The notes under the pieces are model-generated. The model was not told the origin of the DNA. It saw only the letters and a program-made list of their open reading frames with translations, and ran no database searches. Position numbers and translations under genes: made by a program. From the NCBI GenBank assembly GCA_964525635.1, contig CAZGJX010000086.1, forward strand, positions 1-19,552: a stretch of 19,552 nucleotides of DNA, given 5' to 3'. The DNA is from an uncultured archaeon (lineage in GTDB: Archaea > Asgardarchaeota > Lokiarchaeia > Sigyniarchaeales > SOKP01). Below, in pieces: positions 7,934 through 16,144 of this stretch (positions are counted from its first letter, which is position 1; each line of letters opens with the position of its first letter).

Positions 7934-10318
7934 TCATAAGACTGAATGCTTGAATAGACCACCAACTAACTGTCCTATACTAATACCTCCATCTCCTGGA
8001 GGGATAAGATTATGTTCTATAAATGAGAATCCTGATTCTAAAATATTCTTTTTTATAGTTTGGGAGAATAAATAATTATAAGCCACTCCACCAGATAATC
8101 CGATATTTTCTATTCCATATTTTTCTGCATTAATTATAGCGATGTTCGCAAAACTATTGGCTAATTCTATTTGACATTTAGCTGCTATATCATTTTTCAA
8201 ATTATTTTTATTCTTTATTAAATCTAAGATGTCTTTAGTTAATTTAGATGTATTTATTACATAACTTCCATTATTATTTGAATAATCGACAGAAAGAGCT
8301 ATGTTATTAGGATTTCCTCTTGATGCAAGGCCTTCAAGGCGCATAGCTGGTTCTCCCCTATAAGTTTTAAATTTACAAGCGTTTAATAAATATGAAATTG
8401 TATCTAAAATTCTTCCCGTAGAACTTGTTAATGGAATATTATCTGATAAAAAGGGGTTATTATCATTTTCAAATTGCTTTAATATTACTTCTAGTTCGAC
8501 ATCTTTATATTCTAAATCTTCCTCTAAATTTAATTCTTGAAATATTTTTTTCGCCTCATTGATATCATAATTCTTTAAAATAATTGATGCTACCATTCTT
8601 GCTGGATATTTTGTACATCTATCTCCACCGATCATAGGTTGGTATTCTAAATGTCCAAGTCGTTTATAATTTCTATAAGAACATAATAAAATTTCTCCTC
8701 CCCAAATATTACCATCATCACCAAATCCTATTCCATCAGTACTAATACCTATGATTTTTTCATCTAGTTTTATTTTATTTTCTATCATCAAACTTAATAT
8801 GTGAGAATAGTGATGTTGTATTTGATATAAAGGAATAGTGAATTGTTTTGATAGATCTTGGGCATATTTAGTAGTAAAAAAAGAAGGGTGTACATCACAA
8901 ACAATATATTTTAAATCTTGATCTGAAATTTGTAATAAATTTTTCATATGAAATAATGCATCCTTGTAAAAATTAAAAGTTTCAAGATTGGTTATATTTC
9001 CTATATATTGGGTTGGAAAGATACGATTAAACCGTAATATAGCTCCAGATACAGATAATTCTGGACCTGTTGCTATAGCTCCAGATATATCATTTTTAAA
9101 AGGTAATGTAATGTATTCTGGTATATATCCTCTTGACCTTCTGATTAACTTGATTTTATTCATATGTACTCTTAAAACACTATCATCGGCTCTCTGAAAT
9201 ATCGTCCTATTATGTAATAAAAAAAAATCAGCTAAACCTTTTAATTGATTAAAAATTTTTTCATTTTCTATACTCATTGGGATATTAGAAAGATTTCCAC
9301 TTGTATATACTAAAGGTATATTACCAATAAGATCAAAAAGAATGTGATGAATTCCACTATATGGTAACATAAATCCAATATTATTTAGTCCTGGTGCTAT
9401 CCATCTACTTAAATTTAATGATAGTTCTTTCTTTTTTTTTTCAAGTAAGATTATAGGACGCCGGAAAGATTCTAATAATTCTTTTTCTTTTAAAGAAATT
9501 TTAAAATCATTTTCTATGATTTTTATATTGGGTATCATCAATGCAAAAGGTTTATTCTTCCGATTTTTTTTTTTATTTCTTAATTTAATTATAATATCAT
9601 CATTATCTGCTAAACATACAAGATGAGTACCTCCGATTCCTTTTATTGCTGCTATTTGACCATCCTTTATGCGCTTAACTGTTTCTATAAAAATATCTTT
9701 CATTGAATTAAATTTAGAAATTTCTTTATTTTTTAAGTAAAATGAGTAGTTAGGACCACATTTAGAACAAGAGAAAGTTTGCGCATGAAAACGGCGATTA
9801 TTAAAATCTAAATATTCTTCATTACAAGACTTACATAGAGGAAATTCGGACATTGTCGAATTTTCTCTATCATATGGGAGATTTTTGACTGTAGTAAATC
9901 TTGGTCCGCATATTGCACAAGCTATAAATGGATAAAAATAATATTTCTTTAAACGAGCATCTCGAAACCCATTTATGCAATTCTGACATATAGAGATATC
10001 CGGAGGAAGTGTTAAACTAATACCTTGGCTATTTTGACTTTTTATTATTTCTAATTTCTCATATATTTTATTAGTCTTTATTTTTTTTTGATTTATATCT
10101 TCAATATAAGAATATTTAGGTTGTTTTTTTTTAATTTGTTCAAGAAAATCTAATATTTTTTTATTCAACCCTTGAATAATTAATTTAATACCCAAATTTC
10201 CATCATTATATATAAAACCTTTTAGTTCTAAACTTTTTGCTATCTTGTATAAAAATGGACGAAATCCAACTCCTTGAACAATTCCATTAATAATAATCTC
10301 AACAGTATCTATTGTCAT
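7934..10318 (-). CDS. hypF: [NiFe]-hydrogenase maturation carbamoyltransferase HypF
   Basis: Acylphosphatase motif GIVQGVGFRPF, two CxxC..CxxC zinc fingers (CQNC/CAICGPRF, CKSC/CSKCGP), KGIGGTHL, TSGN, DDSV, DVHPSF, QHHYSH, DGIGFGDDGNIWGGE, TSSTGRILD, PPGDGGISIGQ. Confidence 0.97.
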   Translation of the reverse strand: MTIDTVEIIINGIVQGVGFRPFLYKIAKSLELKGFIYNDGNLGIKLIIQGLNKKILDFLEQIKKKQPKYSYIEDINQKKIKTNKIYEKLEIIKSQNSQGISLTLPPDISICQNCINGFRDARLKKYYFYPFIACAICGPRFTTVKNLPYDRENSTMSEFPLCKSCNEEYLDFNNRRFHAQTFSCSKCGPNYSFYLKNKEISKFNSMKDIFIETVKRIKDGQIAAIKGIGGTHLVCLADNDDIIIKLRNKKKNRKNKPFALMIPNIKIIENDFKISLKEKELLESFRRPIILLEKKKKELSLNLSRWIAPGLNNIGFMLPYSGIHHILFDLIGNIPLVYTSGNLSNIPMSIENEKIFNQLKGLADFFLLHNRTIFQRADDSVLRVHMNKIKLIRRSRGYIPEYITLPFKNDISGAIATGPELSVSGAILRFNRIFPTQYIGNITNLETFNFYKDALFHMKNLLQISDQDLKYIVCDVHPSFFTTKYAQDLSKQFTIPLYQIQHHYSHILSLMIENKIKLDEKIIGISTDGIGFGDDGNIWGGEILLCSYRNYKRLGHLEYQPMIGGDRCTKYPARMVASIILKNYDINEAKKIFQELNLEEDLEYKDVELEVILKQFENDNNPFLSDNIPLTSSTGRILDTISYLLNACKFKTYRGEPAMRLEGLASRGNPNNIALSVDYSNNNGSYVINTSKLTKDILDLIKNKNNLKNDIAAKCQIELANSFANIAIINAEKYGIENIGLSGGVAYNYLFSQTIKKNILESGFSFIEHNLIPPGDGGISIGQLVGGLFKHSVL

Positions 10319-10417
10319 CTAAATAATCATAAAAGCGAAAAATATAAAAACCAAATTGTTTCATTAAATTAATAAAAAAATTTAATAATATCATCAATTT
10401 AAAGGGAGAAATGCAAT

Positions 10418-10801
10418 TTAAATTCCATTTGTTGCTTTTATTAAGAATTCTTTTGATTGTTCATCTAAAATATTTGAACGATTTAACTCATAAAGTCTAG
10501 GTTTAATTTGGTTTCTATATTCTTTAGTGAAAAAATATTTGTAAAGATGGGCTTCTTTTATTAAATTTAATATGTATATTATTTCAAAATCTAATTCATT
10601 ATTTTCAAGAATTACTCTTTCTAGTTGTTCATATATTTGCTTTTGAATTTCTGGTTTCATAAAAAAGAACCTTAATATTGATAAATTTTAAAATTTTTTT
10701 ATTTTTTTACATTCCATAATTCCTTGTTGTTCTAATTGTTTATAGAATTTAATATAGAAATTATTATATCTCTACGATAATCTACTTATACAGCTATTTT
10801 A
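10418..10801 (-). pseudogene. Decayed tandem paralogue of the GPP34/GOLPH3 domain (the called 80-aa ORF is its C-terminal remnant)
   Basis: The 80-aa ORF aligns without gaps to the C-terminus of the upstream 400-aa protein (PEIQKQIYEQLERVI vs PEMQNEIIRKLEKLI; LNLIKEAHLYKYFF vs LKLLEETKIYKKYF). Homology continues upstream in the same frame through stops at 10688-10690 (TAA) and 10772-10774 (TAG); a further TAA lies at 10799-10801. Confidence 0.75.
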
Positions 10802-10836
10802 TTTTTTTTCTTTTTTCAATGAGAATTCTATATCAT

Positions 10837-12039
10837 TTAATCAAATAAGTCATCATCTATATCTTCTAATGCTTCTAATCGCTTTTGATAAAGATACTGA
10901 TTTTTATGTTTATTAATATCTTTTATAAAAATGTATTTTTTTTTATCAAATAAATGTGTTTTTCCTATATTATCAACTCTTTTTGAAAAAGTTCTTATGA
11001 CGTTCGGAGGAAAATATTTCTTATAGATCTTTGTTTCTTCCAATAATTTTAATAAACATAATGAATCGTAGTCTGGATTCTTATTAATATATATTAGCTT
11101 TTCCAATTTCCTAATTATCTCATTTTGCATTTCAGGAATTAAAAAATAATATCTTATAAATATTAATTTATGAATTTTTCTTTTTTTTATTCTAAGAATA
11201 CCCTCTTTATCCAAAATATCATAAAATTCAGATGAAAGTTCCTTATATCTTCTTTTGATTTTATCAATTAAATTGACAACGGATATTTCCCATTCTTCTT
11301 TTTTGTTATTGTTTAAATTGACGATTGTTTTAAGAATCTTATTTAAAATAATATTCTCAGTTTGAGCATAATCTTCTATTTTTATAAGACCGTCCTTGAT
11401 TGTAATTTTTTTTTTAGCATATAAATCATAAAGTAATGCTATAGCGAATCCTACATCTCCATCGACATCTCCCCAACAAAAATATATTTTATTTTTTTTT
11501 TGATTTATAAGCAAAATAAGGTACTTTTCATGAATAAGCCATTTTTGTTCTTCTATTGATAATGATTCTGGGAAATCATGAATAGTTTTTATATGATTTT
11601 TGGATGTTTTGATATTATATTTATTAAGAAAAGCACTAATAAAACCTAAGAAAATTGAAAAAGAGCTAAATATTATAATAATGCTGTAATAATATAATGG
11701 TTCAATATAATATGGATAATAATCTATTATAAGCTGATCTGAACTCAATATGAAGATAATTATTGTTATAACTATTACAATATTATTAATTGAGCAAATT
11801 AAACATTTATTAAATCCATTTTTCATCCAATATCCAATCCAAAAGAAAAGTATGATTGAAATACACATTATTATTGAACTTATAATAGATAAAAAAAAAA
11901 TAAATGAATTAAAAAAATATCCAAATTCTAAGATAGTTCCTATTATATATTCCCAAATATTTAAAAATCCTATTATACTACCAAAAAATAATAAAATTCC
12001 GCCAATATATTCAAGAACCCATTCTTTATCCTTTATCAA
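10837..12039 (-). CDS. N-terminal ~4-TM domain fused to a GPP34/GOLPH3/Vps74-family domain
   Basis: Residues ~8-138 form four hydrophobic helices. From ~170, IHEKYLILLINQKKNKI..DVGFAIALLYDLYAKKKITIKDGLIKIEDYAQTENIILNKILKTI and later LDKEGIL match the GPP34 pattern (LxEELLLL..GLAGAxLxEL..grI....v.v.d..pTgd.lLd..L). Recognised by eye, not by HMM. Confidence 0.7.
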   Translation of the reverse strand: MIKDKEWVLEYIGGILLFFGSIIGFLNIWEYIIGTILEFGYFFNSFIFFLSIISSIIMCISIILFFWIGYWMKNGFNKCLICSINNIVIVITIIIFILSSDQLIIDYYPYYIEPLYYYSIIIIFSSFSIFLGFISAFLNKYNIKTSKNHIKTIHDFPESLSIEEQKWLIHEKYLILLINQKKNKIYFCWGDVDGDVGFAIALLYDLYAKKKITIKDGLIKIEDYAQTENIILNKILKTIVNLNNNKKEEWEISVVNLIDKIKRRYKELSSEFYDILDKEGILRIKKRKIHKLIFIRYYFLIPEMQNEIIRKLEKLIYINKNPDYDSLCLLKLLEETKIYKKYFPPNVIRTFSKRVDNIGKTHLFDKKKYIFIKDINKHKNQYLYQKRLEALEDIDDDLFD

Positions 12040-12235
12040 ATTAACATTACCAATGAAATGATTAAAATTTATAACAATCTATTGATGAAATTAATCTCTA
12101 ATTGAATAATTATATATTTCATTTTTAAAGTTTTGAGGTACTCTTTTAGAACTTTGTAATAATTAAGAAAATAACGAAATGATTTTATTTATTACCATAA
12201 ATTCTTTTATTTATTCTCTCTACCTTTAATTAATT

Positions 12236-13285
12236 ATGAGTGAAAAAGAGAGATTGCAAGTTATAAGATTAGCTCATGGTGCTGGAGGTATATTACAAGA
12301 GGAATTAATTAGATATATTACTCAAAATATATCCCAGAAAAATGTAAATCAAGGGATTGGTGTGGATGAATTAGATGATGGAGCAACAATACCCATAGAC
12401 AATCATGATAAAGAATTAATTATTACATCTGATGGACATACTATCTCTCCAATCATTTTTCCTGGGGGTGATTTAGGAAAATTAAGTATATGTGGTACTG
12501 TAAATGATATCTTAATGATGGGAGGTACTCCTTTAGCCTTAACTTCATGTTATATTATAGAAGAAGGATTGGATATAAAAAAACTAGATCAAATTGTATC
12601 ATCCTTTAATAAAACAGCATCTCAAGCAAATATCGCAATAATTGCTGGAGATACAAAAGTTATGCCACGAGGTACTCTAAATGAAATAATCATTACAACA
12701 ACAGGAATTGGAATAAGAGATAAAAGTATAAAATTACAAGATAATAATATTCAAATTGGAGATAAAATCATATTAACAGGTTCTATTGGCGATCATGGGA
12801 CTTCTTTAATTGCTTCAAGAGAAGGATTTAATATTTCTACTGATTTAAAATCTGATGTATCATTCCTGATAGAAGTCATAAACTCAATAAAACAAGAGAT
12901 ACAAAAAAATTATATACATGCGATGAAAGATCCAACAAGAGGTGGAATAGCTGGAGCGTTAAATGATTGGGCAAAAAAAAATAATATAAGTATTATAGTA
13001 GATGAAGAAAAAATACCAATTAAAAAGGAAGTAAAAGCAATTTGTGATATGTTGGGATTAGATCCTTTTAATATTGCTAATGAAGGAAAAGCTCTTTTAG
13101 CTGTTGATTCAATTCATGCAGAGAAAATTTTAGAAAAATTGAAACAAACTAAATTAGGAAAAGATGCTCAAATAATAGGAATTGTTAGAGATACTAATCC
13201 TAAGATGGTTCTTTTAAATACAATAGTAGGAGGTACTCGTTTTTTAGATATGCCACTTGGAGAACCTATACCTCGAATTTGTTAA
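12236..13285 (+). CDS. hypE: Hydrogenase maturation carbamoyl dehydratase HypE
   Basis: IRLAHGAGG, LDDGA, DGHTISPIIFPGGDLGKL, GTVND, GDTKV, MKDPTRGG, ANEGK, and the diagnostic C-terminal PRIC. Confidence 0.97.
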   Translation: MSEKERLQVIRLAHGAGGILQEELIRYITQNISQKNVNQGIGVDELDDGATIPIDNHDKELIITSDGHTISPIIFPGGDLGKLSICGTVNDILMMGGTPLALTSCYIIEEGLDIKKLDQIVSSFNKTASQANIAIIAGDTKVMPRGTLNEIIITTTGIGIRDKSIKLQDNNIQIGDKIILTGSIGDHGTSLIASREGFNISTDLKSDVSFLIEVINSIKQEIQKNYIHAMKDPTRGGIAGALNDWAKKNNISIIVDEEKIPIKKEVKAICDMLGLDPFNIANEGKALLAVDSIHAEKILEKLKQTKLGKDAQIIGIVRDTNPKMVLLNTIVGGTRFLDMPLGEPIPRIC

Positions 13286-13303
13286 TAAATTAAGTGAGAA
13301 AAA

Positions 13304-14398
13304 ATGGAAATTCCAGGAATTGAAATATTAAGAAATAAGAAATTTACAGAAAAACTTATATCAGCAATAAAAGATTTAATAGATGATATAGATAAGCCAA
13401 TTAAACTAATGCATGTCTGTGGAACTCATGAACATACAATTTCTAAATATGGATTAAGATCTCTTCTTCCAAAAAAGATTGAGATTATATCAGGACCTGG
13501 TTGTCCTGTTTGCGTCTGCCCAGCTGCTGATATTGATAAAGTAATTGAATTAGGTAAAAAAGATAACACAATAATTACTACTTTTGGAGATATGATCCGT
13601 GTTCCTGCTACAAATATATCATTGGCTGATTTGAAAGCAAAAGGATCTGATATTAGAATAGTATATGGTCCCAATGATGCTGTAAAAATTGCAGAAGAAA
13701 ATCCAAATAAAGAAATTATCTTTCTTGCTATAGGATTTGAAACCACTGCTCCTTTAATCGGATATGAGATTCAATCTAATCCTCCCGATAATTTTTCAGT
13801 TTTATGTGCACATAAATTAATTCCTGCAGCATTAGAATTATTATTAAGCCAATCTCAAATAAAAGTAGATGGTTTTATATCACCTGGTCATGTAAGTGCA
13901 ATAATAGGATTAAAACCTTTTGAAATATATTCACAAGGATATCATATCCCAAACGTAATTACTGGATTTGAACCTAATGATGTTTTACTTTCAATTTTGA
14001 TGCTTTTAAGTCAAATTAAAGATAAAAAATATGAGATATTAAATGAATATTCTAGGGTTGTTAAACCTGAAGGAAATAGATTGGCTCAAAAAATAATCTC
14101 GGAAATATTTCAAATTAAATCTTCTCCTTGGAGAGGTATAGGAAGAATCTTAGATGGTGGTTTAGCTATAAAAGAAAAATATCAAGAATATGATGCTGAA
14201 AAAAAGTTTGAAATTCAAATAGATACTTCTCAAGATATCCCTCCAGGATGTTCTTGTCATCTAGTCATGGTTGGGAAATTATATCCTTATGAATGTAAAT
14301 TATTTCGAGAAAAATGTACTCCAATTAATCCAATAGGACCTTGCATGGTGTCTATGGAGGGAACTTGTAGTATCTATTATAAATACTATAAAAAATAA
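13304..14398 (+). CDS. hypD: Hydrogenase maturation protein HypD
   Basis: MHVCGTHEH, SGPGCPVC, TFGDM, GFETTAP, PGHVS, GFEP, WRGIG, C-terminal Fe-S Cys and GPCMVSMEGTC. Confidence 0.97.
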   Translation: MEIPGIEILRNKKFTEKLISAIKDLIDDIDKPIKLMHVCGTHEHTISKYGLRSLLPKKIEIISGPGCPVCVCPAADIDKVIELGKKDNTIITTFGDMIRVPATNISLADLKAKGSDIRIVYGPNDAVKIAEENPNKEIIFLAIGFETTAPLIGYEIQSNPPDNFSVLCAHKLIPAALELLLSQSQIKVDGFISPGHVSAIIGLKPFEIYSQGYHIPNVITGFEPNDVLLSILMLLSQIKDKKYEILNEYSRVVKPEGNRLAQKIISEIFQIKSSPWRGIGRILDGGLAIKEKYQEYDAEKKFEIQIDTSQDIPPGCSCHLVMVGKLYPYECKLFREKCTPINPIGPCMVSMEGTCSIYYKYYKK

Positions 14399-14417
14399 AA
14401 AAAAGTAAAAAAAAAAA
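14396..14417 (-). terminator. Probable oligo-T terminator of the vhu-hdr transcript
   Basis: A-tracts on the + strand (long T-tracts on the - strand) just past the hdrB stop, at the convergent hypD/hdrB junction. Confidence 0.4.
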
Positions 14418-14433
14418 TTAATTTATTACCATA

Positions 14434-15303
14434 TTATCCTAATTTTTCAAGGACGGAATTAAGGCGTACTCTATGAAATCTTAAACCAATATCGTCTGCA
14501 CTAATTCCCATAGCTAAAGCTAGTAATTCAGTGATATATAATACAGGTATATTATATTCCGTTTCAAACTTCTTTGAAATATTTCTCTGTAATGTATCAA
14601 ATTGTTGAAAGCATGCAGGACAATTAACACAAATAACATCCGCATCAACTTTTTTCATAGCATCCAATTTTTTCTTTAGAATTTGGGAACCATGTTCTTC
14701 ATAAACATTATTTACAGCAGATCCACAGCATAATATTTCTAATCCATAATCTACTACTGTAGCTCCTGTAGTCAATACAATTTCCCTTAATGTAGTTGGA
14801 TTCATTGGATCATCCGATTCCATCCATTCTGCTGGTCGCATATAATGACATCCCGGATGACATGCAACTTTTAATCCATTTAATTGTTTACTAATAGCAC
14901 CTTTAATATCATGAATCTTATCTTTTAGAACATCTACAAAGTGCTTAACATCAATCGAACCTTTAAATTTCTTACCTATTTTTGCTAATTCTAAATTTAT
15001 CTTTTCTTTTTTTAAAGAATCATGATTTAACTGATGTTGTACTCCTCTTAAAGTATTAGTACATCCGTTACATAATGAAATAATATCTTTTCCTTCAGCC
15101 TCAGCTAGACATAAATTTCTAGCTCCAATTGTTAACCACGCATTGTTATCGAAATTTTTCATACCTGTAGGGTCAGGACAACATGAAAAAGGAGCTTGGG
15201 ACGTTTGTATGTTCATTTTCTCAAATACTTTTCTAGATGCAGCTTCTATAAATGGAATCCTATTCCCAATCGTACAACCCTCAAACATTTTATATTCTGT
15301 CAT
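14434..15303 (-). CDS. hdrB: Heterodisulfide reductase subunit B
   Basis: Two CCG domains: GC..FSCCP..LCNGC and HPGCHY..LCCG..NCPACFQQFD, plus IPVLYITELLALAMG. Confidence 0.95.
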   Translation of the reverse strand: MTEYKMFEGCTIGNRIPFIEAASRKVFEKMNIQTSQAPFSCCPDPTGMKNFDNNAWLTIGARNLCLAEAEGKDIISLCNGCTNTLRGVQHQLNHDSLKKEKINLELAKIGKKFKGSIDVKHFVDVLKDKIHDIKGAISKQLNGLKVACHPGCHYMRPAEWMESDDPMNPTTLREIVLTTGATVVDYGLEILCCGSAVNNVYEEHGSQILKKKLDAMKKVDADVICVNCPACFQQFDTLQRNISKKFETEYNIPVLYITELLALAMGISADDIGLRFHRVRLNSVLEKLG

Positions 15304-15309
15304 TTTCTT

Positions 15310-15825
15310 TTATCCTTCATTCTGTTTTATTTTTGAATCTGCCCCAATATTCTTTAATAATGTTTGTATTTCATTAACATCAGGTTTTATAACTGAAGGC
15401 AATCCTAATTGTTCTCTTCTTCTCTCAATTGCTGATTGTGAAGGAATAGCTTTTGCATTGTCAAAAATTGTTTTTGCTTGTCTATAAATAAAATTAGGAG
15501 CCTCACCCTTCTTTACACTTTCATTTTTTAAGAATGTAAAAATTTCTGTTAATTCGATATTTTGAGGACAAAGCTCATTACAAGTATCGCAGACAGTACA
15601 ACCCCAAATTGTAAGTGGATCAGCTGAAAAAATAGCATCCTTATTTCCTAATAAAGCATTTAAGATATTAAGCCTAGGGTCATATCCGGTTGTACCATAA
15701 AAATCTTTTGAAACATTAGATACGGGACAATTATCTGTACATCGACTGCACTGATAACAATATTTAATAATATCAGAACCCATATGGTAATCCATAACTT
15801 GTTTTCTAAATTCAAAATCGATCAT
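15310..15825 (-). CDS. hdrC: Heterodisulfide reductase subunit C (2x[4Fe-4S])
   Basis: CYQCSRCTDNCP and IWGCTVCDTCNELCPQNI, plus C-terminal RREQLGLP. Directly upstream of hdrB. Confidence 0.93.
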   Translation of the reverse strand: MIDFEFRKQVMDYHMGSDIIKYCYQCSRCTDNCPVSNVSKDFYGTTGYDPRLNILNALLGNKDAIFSADPLTIWGCTVCDTCNELCPQNIELTEIFTFLKNESVKKGEAPNFIYRQAKTIFDNAKAIPSQSAIERRREQLGLPSVIKPDVNEIQTLLKNIGADSKIKQNEG

Positions 15826-15883
15826 TATTTATTCTCACTTTTTAGATCTTTTTTTCTATTTTCTAAATTTCTTTTTATATATT

Positions 15884-15957
15884 TGTTAGCTATAACCTAA
15901 GCAAGGTAAGTTATGTCCAATCTATTATTTTTATTGGACAATCATCCTAAGCCAACA
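15884..15957 (-). promoter_or_regulatory. Candidate SECIS element (eukaryote/Loki-like) for vhuU
   Basis: The mRNA reads UAGG-AUGAU-UGUCCAAU-AAAAAUAAUAG-AUUGGACA-UAA-CUUA: an AUGA core, a perfect 8-bp stem and an A-rich apical loop, enclosed by UGUUGGCU/AGCUAACA. The 3' core has AA instead of the canonical GA. Confidence 0.5.
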
Positions 15958-16091
15958 TTTAAATTCCGAGAAAAAATCTCTTTACCTTCCTCATTAACAA
16001 CAGTAATGTGGGCGGCACAAGATAGTCAACAATCAAAACATCGTACTATCATTTCTAAGAAATTTATAACTCCTTCCGGTACATCACTCAT
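15942..16091 (-). CDS. vhuU: Selenocysteine-containing [NiFeSe]-hydrogenase peptide subunit VhuU (not in ORF track)
   Basis: ATG at 16091, translating to MSDVPEGVINFLEMIVRCFDC-U-LSCAAHITVVNEEGKEIFSRNLNVGLG*. The in-frame TGA at 16026-16028 (codon 22) sits at the first Cys of the L2 motif DPCxSCxxH that the upstream large subunit lacks. AAGTGA lies 8 nt upstream of the ATG. Confidence 0.92.
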
Positions 16092-16144
16092 TTGATAATT
16101 CACTTTTCTATTTTATTTTGATTTTTATATAAATTTCATTTAAG

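Noticed and set aside
5320-7936. TGA stops of hisH, hisF copy 1 and hypF as possible Sec codons
   Set aside because: They fall at the normal C-termini of full-length proteins and not at Cys-equivalent positions.
8988-9197. 69-aa + strand ORF
   Set aside because: Antisense shadow within hypF.
11750-12061. 103-aa + strand Ile/Lys-rich ORF
   Set aside because: Mirror of the T-rich TM-coding strand of the GPP34 fusion gene.
12127-12155. Imperfect dyad AAAGTTTT..AGAACTTT between the GPP34 gene and hypE (possible operator)
   Set aside because: Short and AT-rich, and I saw no second copy upstream of hypF or vhuG.
13426-13746. 106-aa minus-strand ORF
   Set aside because: Antisense shadow within hypD.
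15143-15487. 114-aa + strand ORF
   Set aside because: Antisense to the hdrB/hdrC junction.
15913-16095. 60-aa + strand ORF in the ORF track
   Set aside because: Antisense shadow of the real vhuU gene on the minus strand.
16092-16144. AUGAA...AGAA in the vhuA-vhuU spacer as an alternative SECIS
   Set aside because: Only weak A-U pairing and no stable stem.
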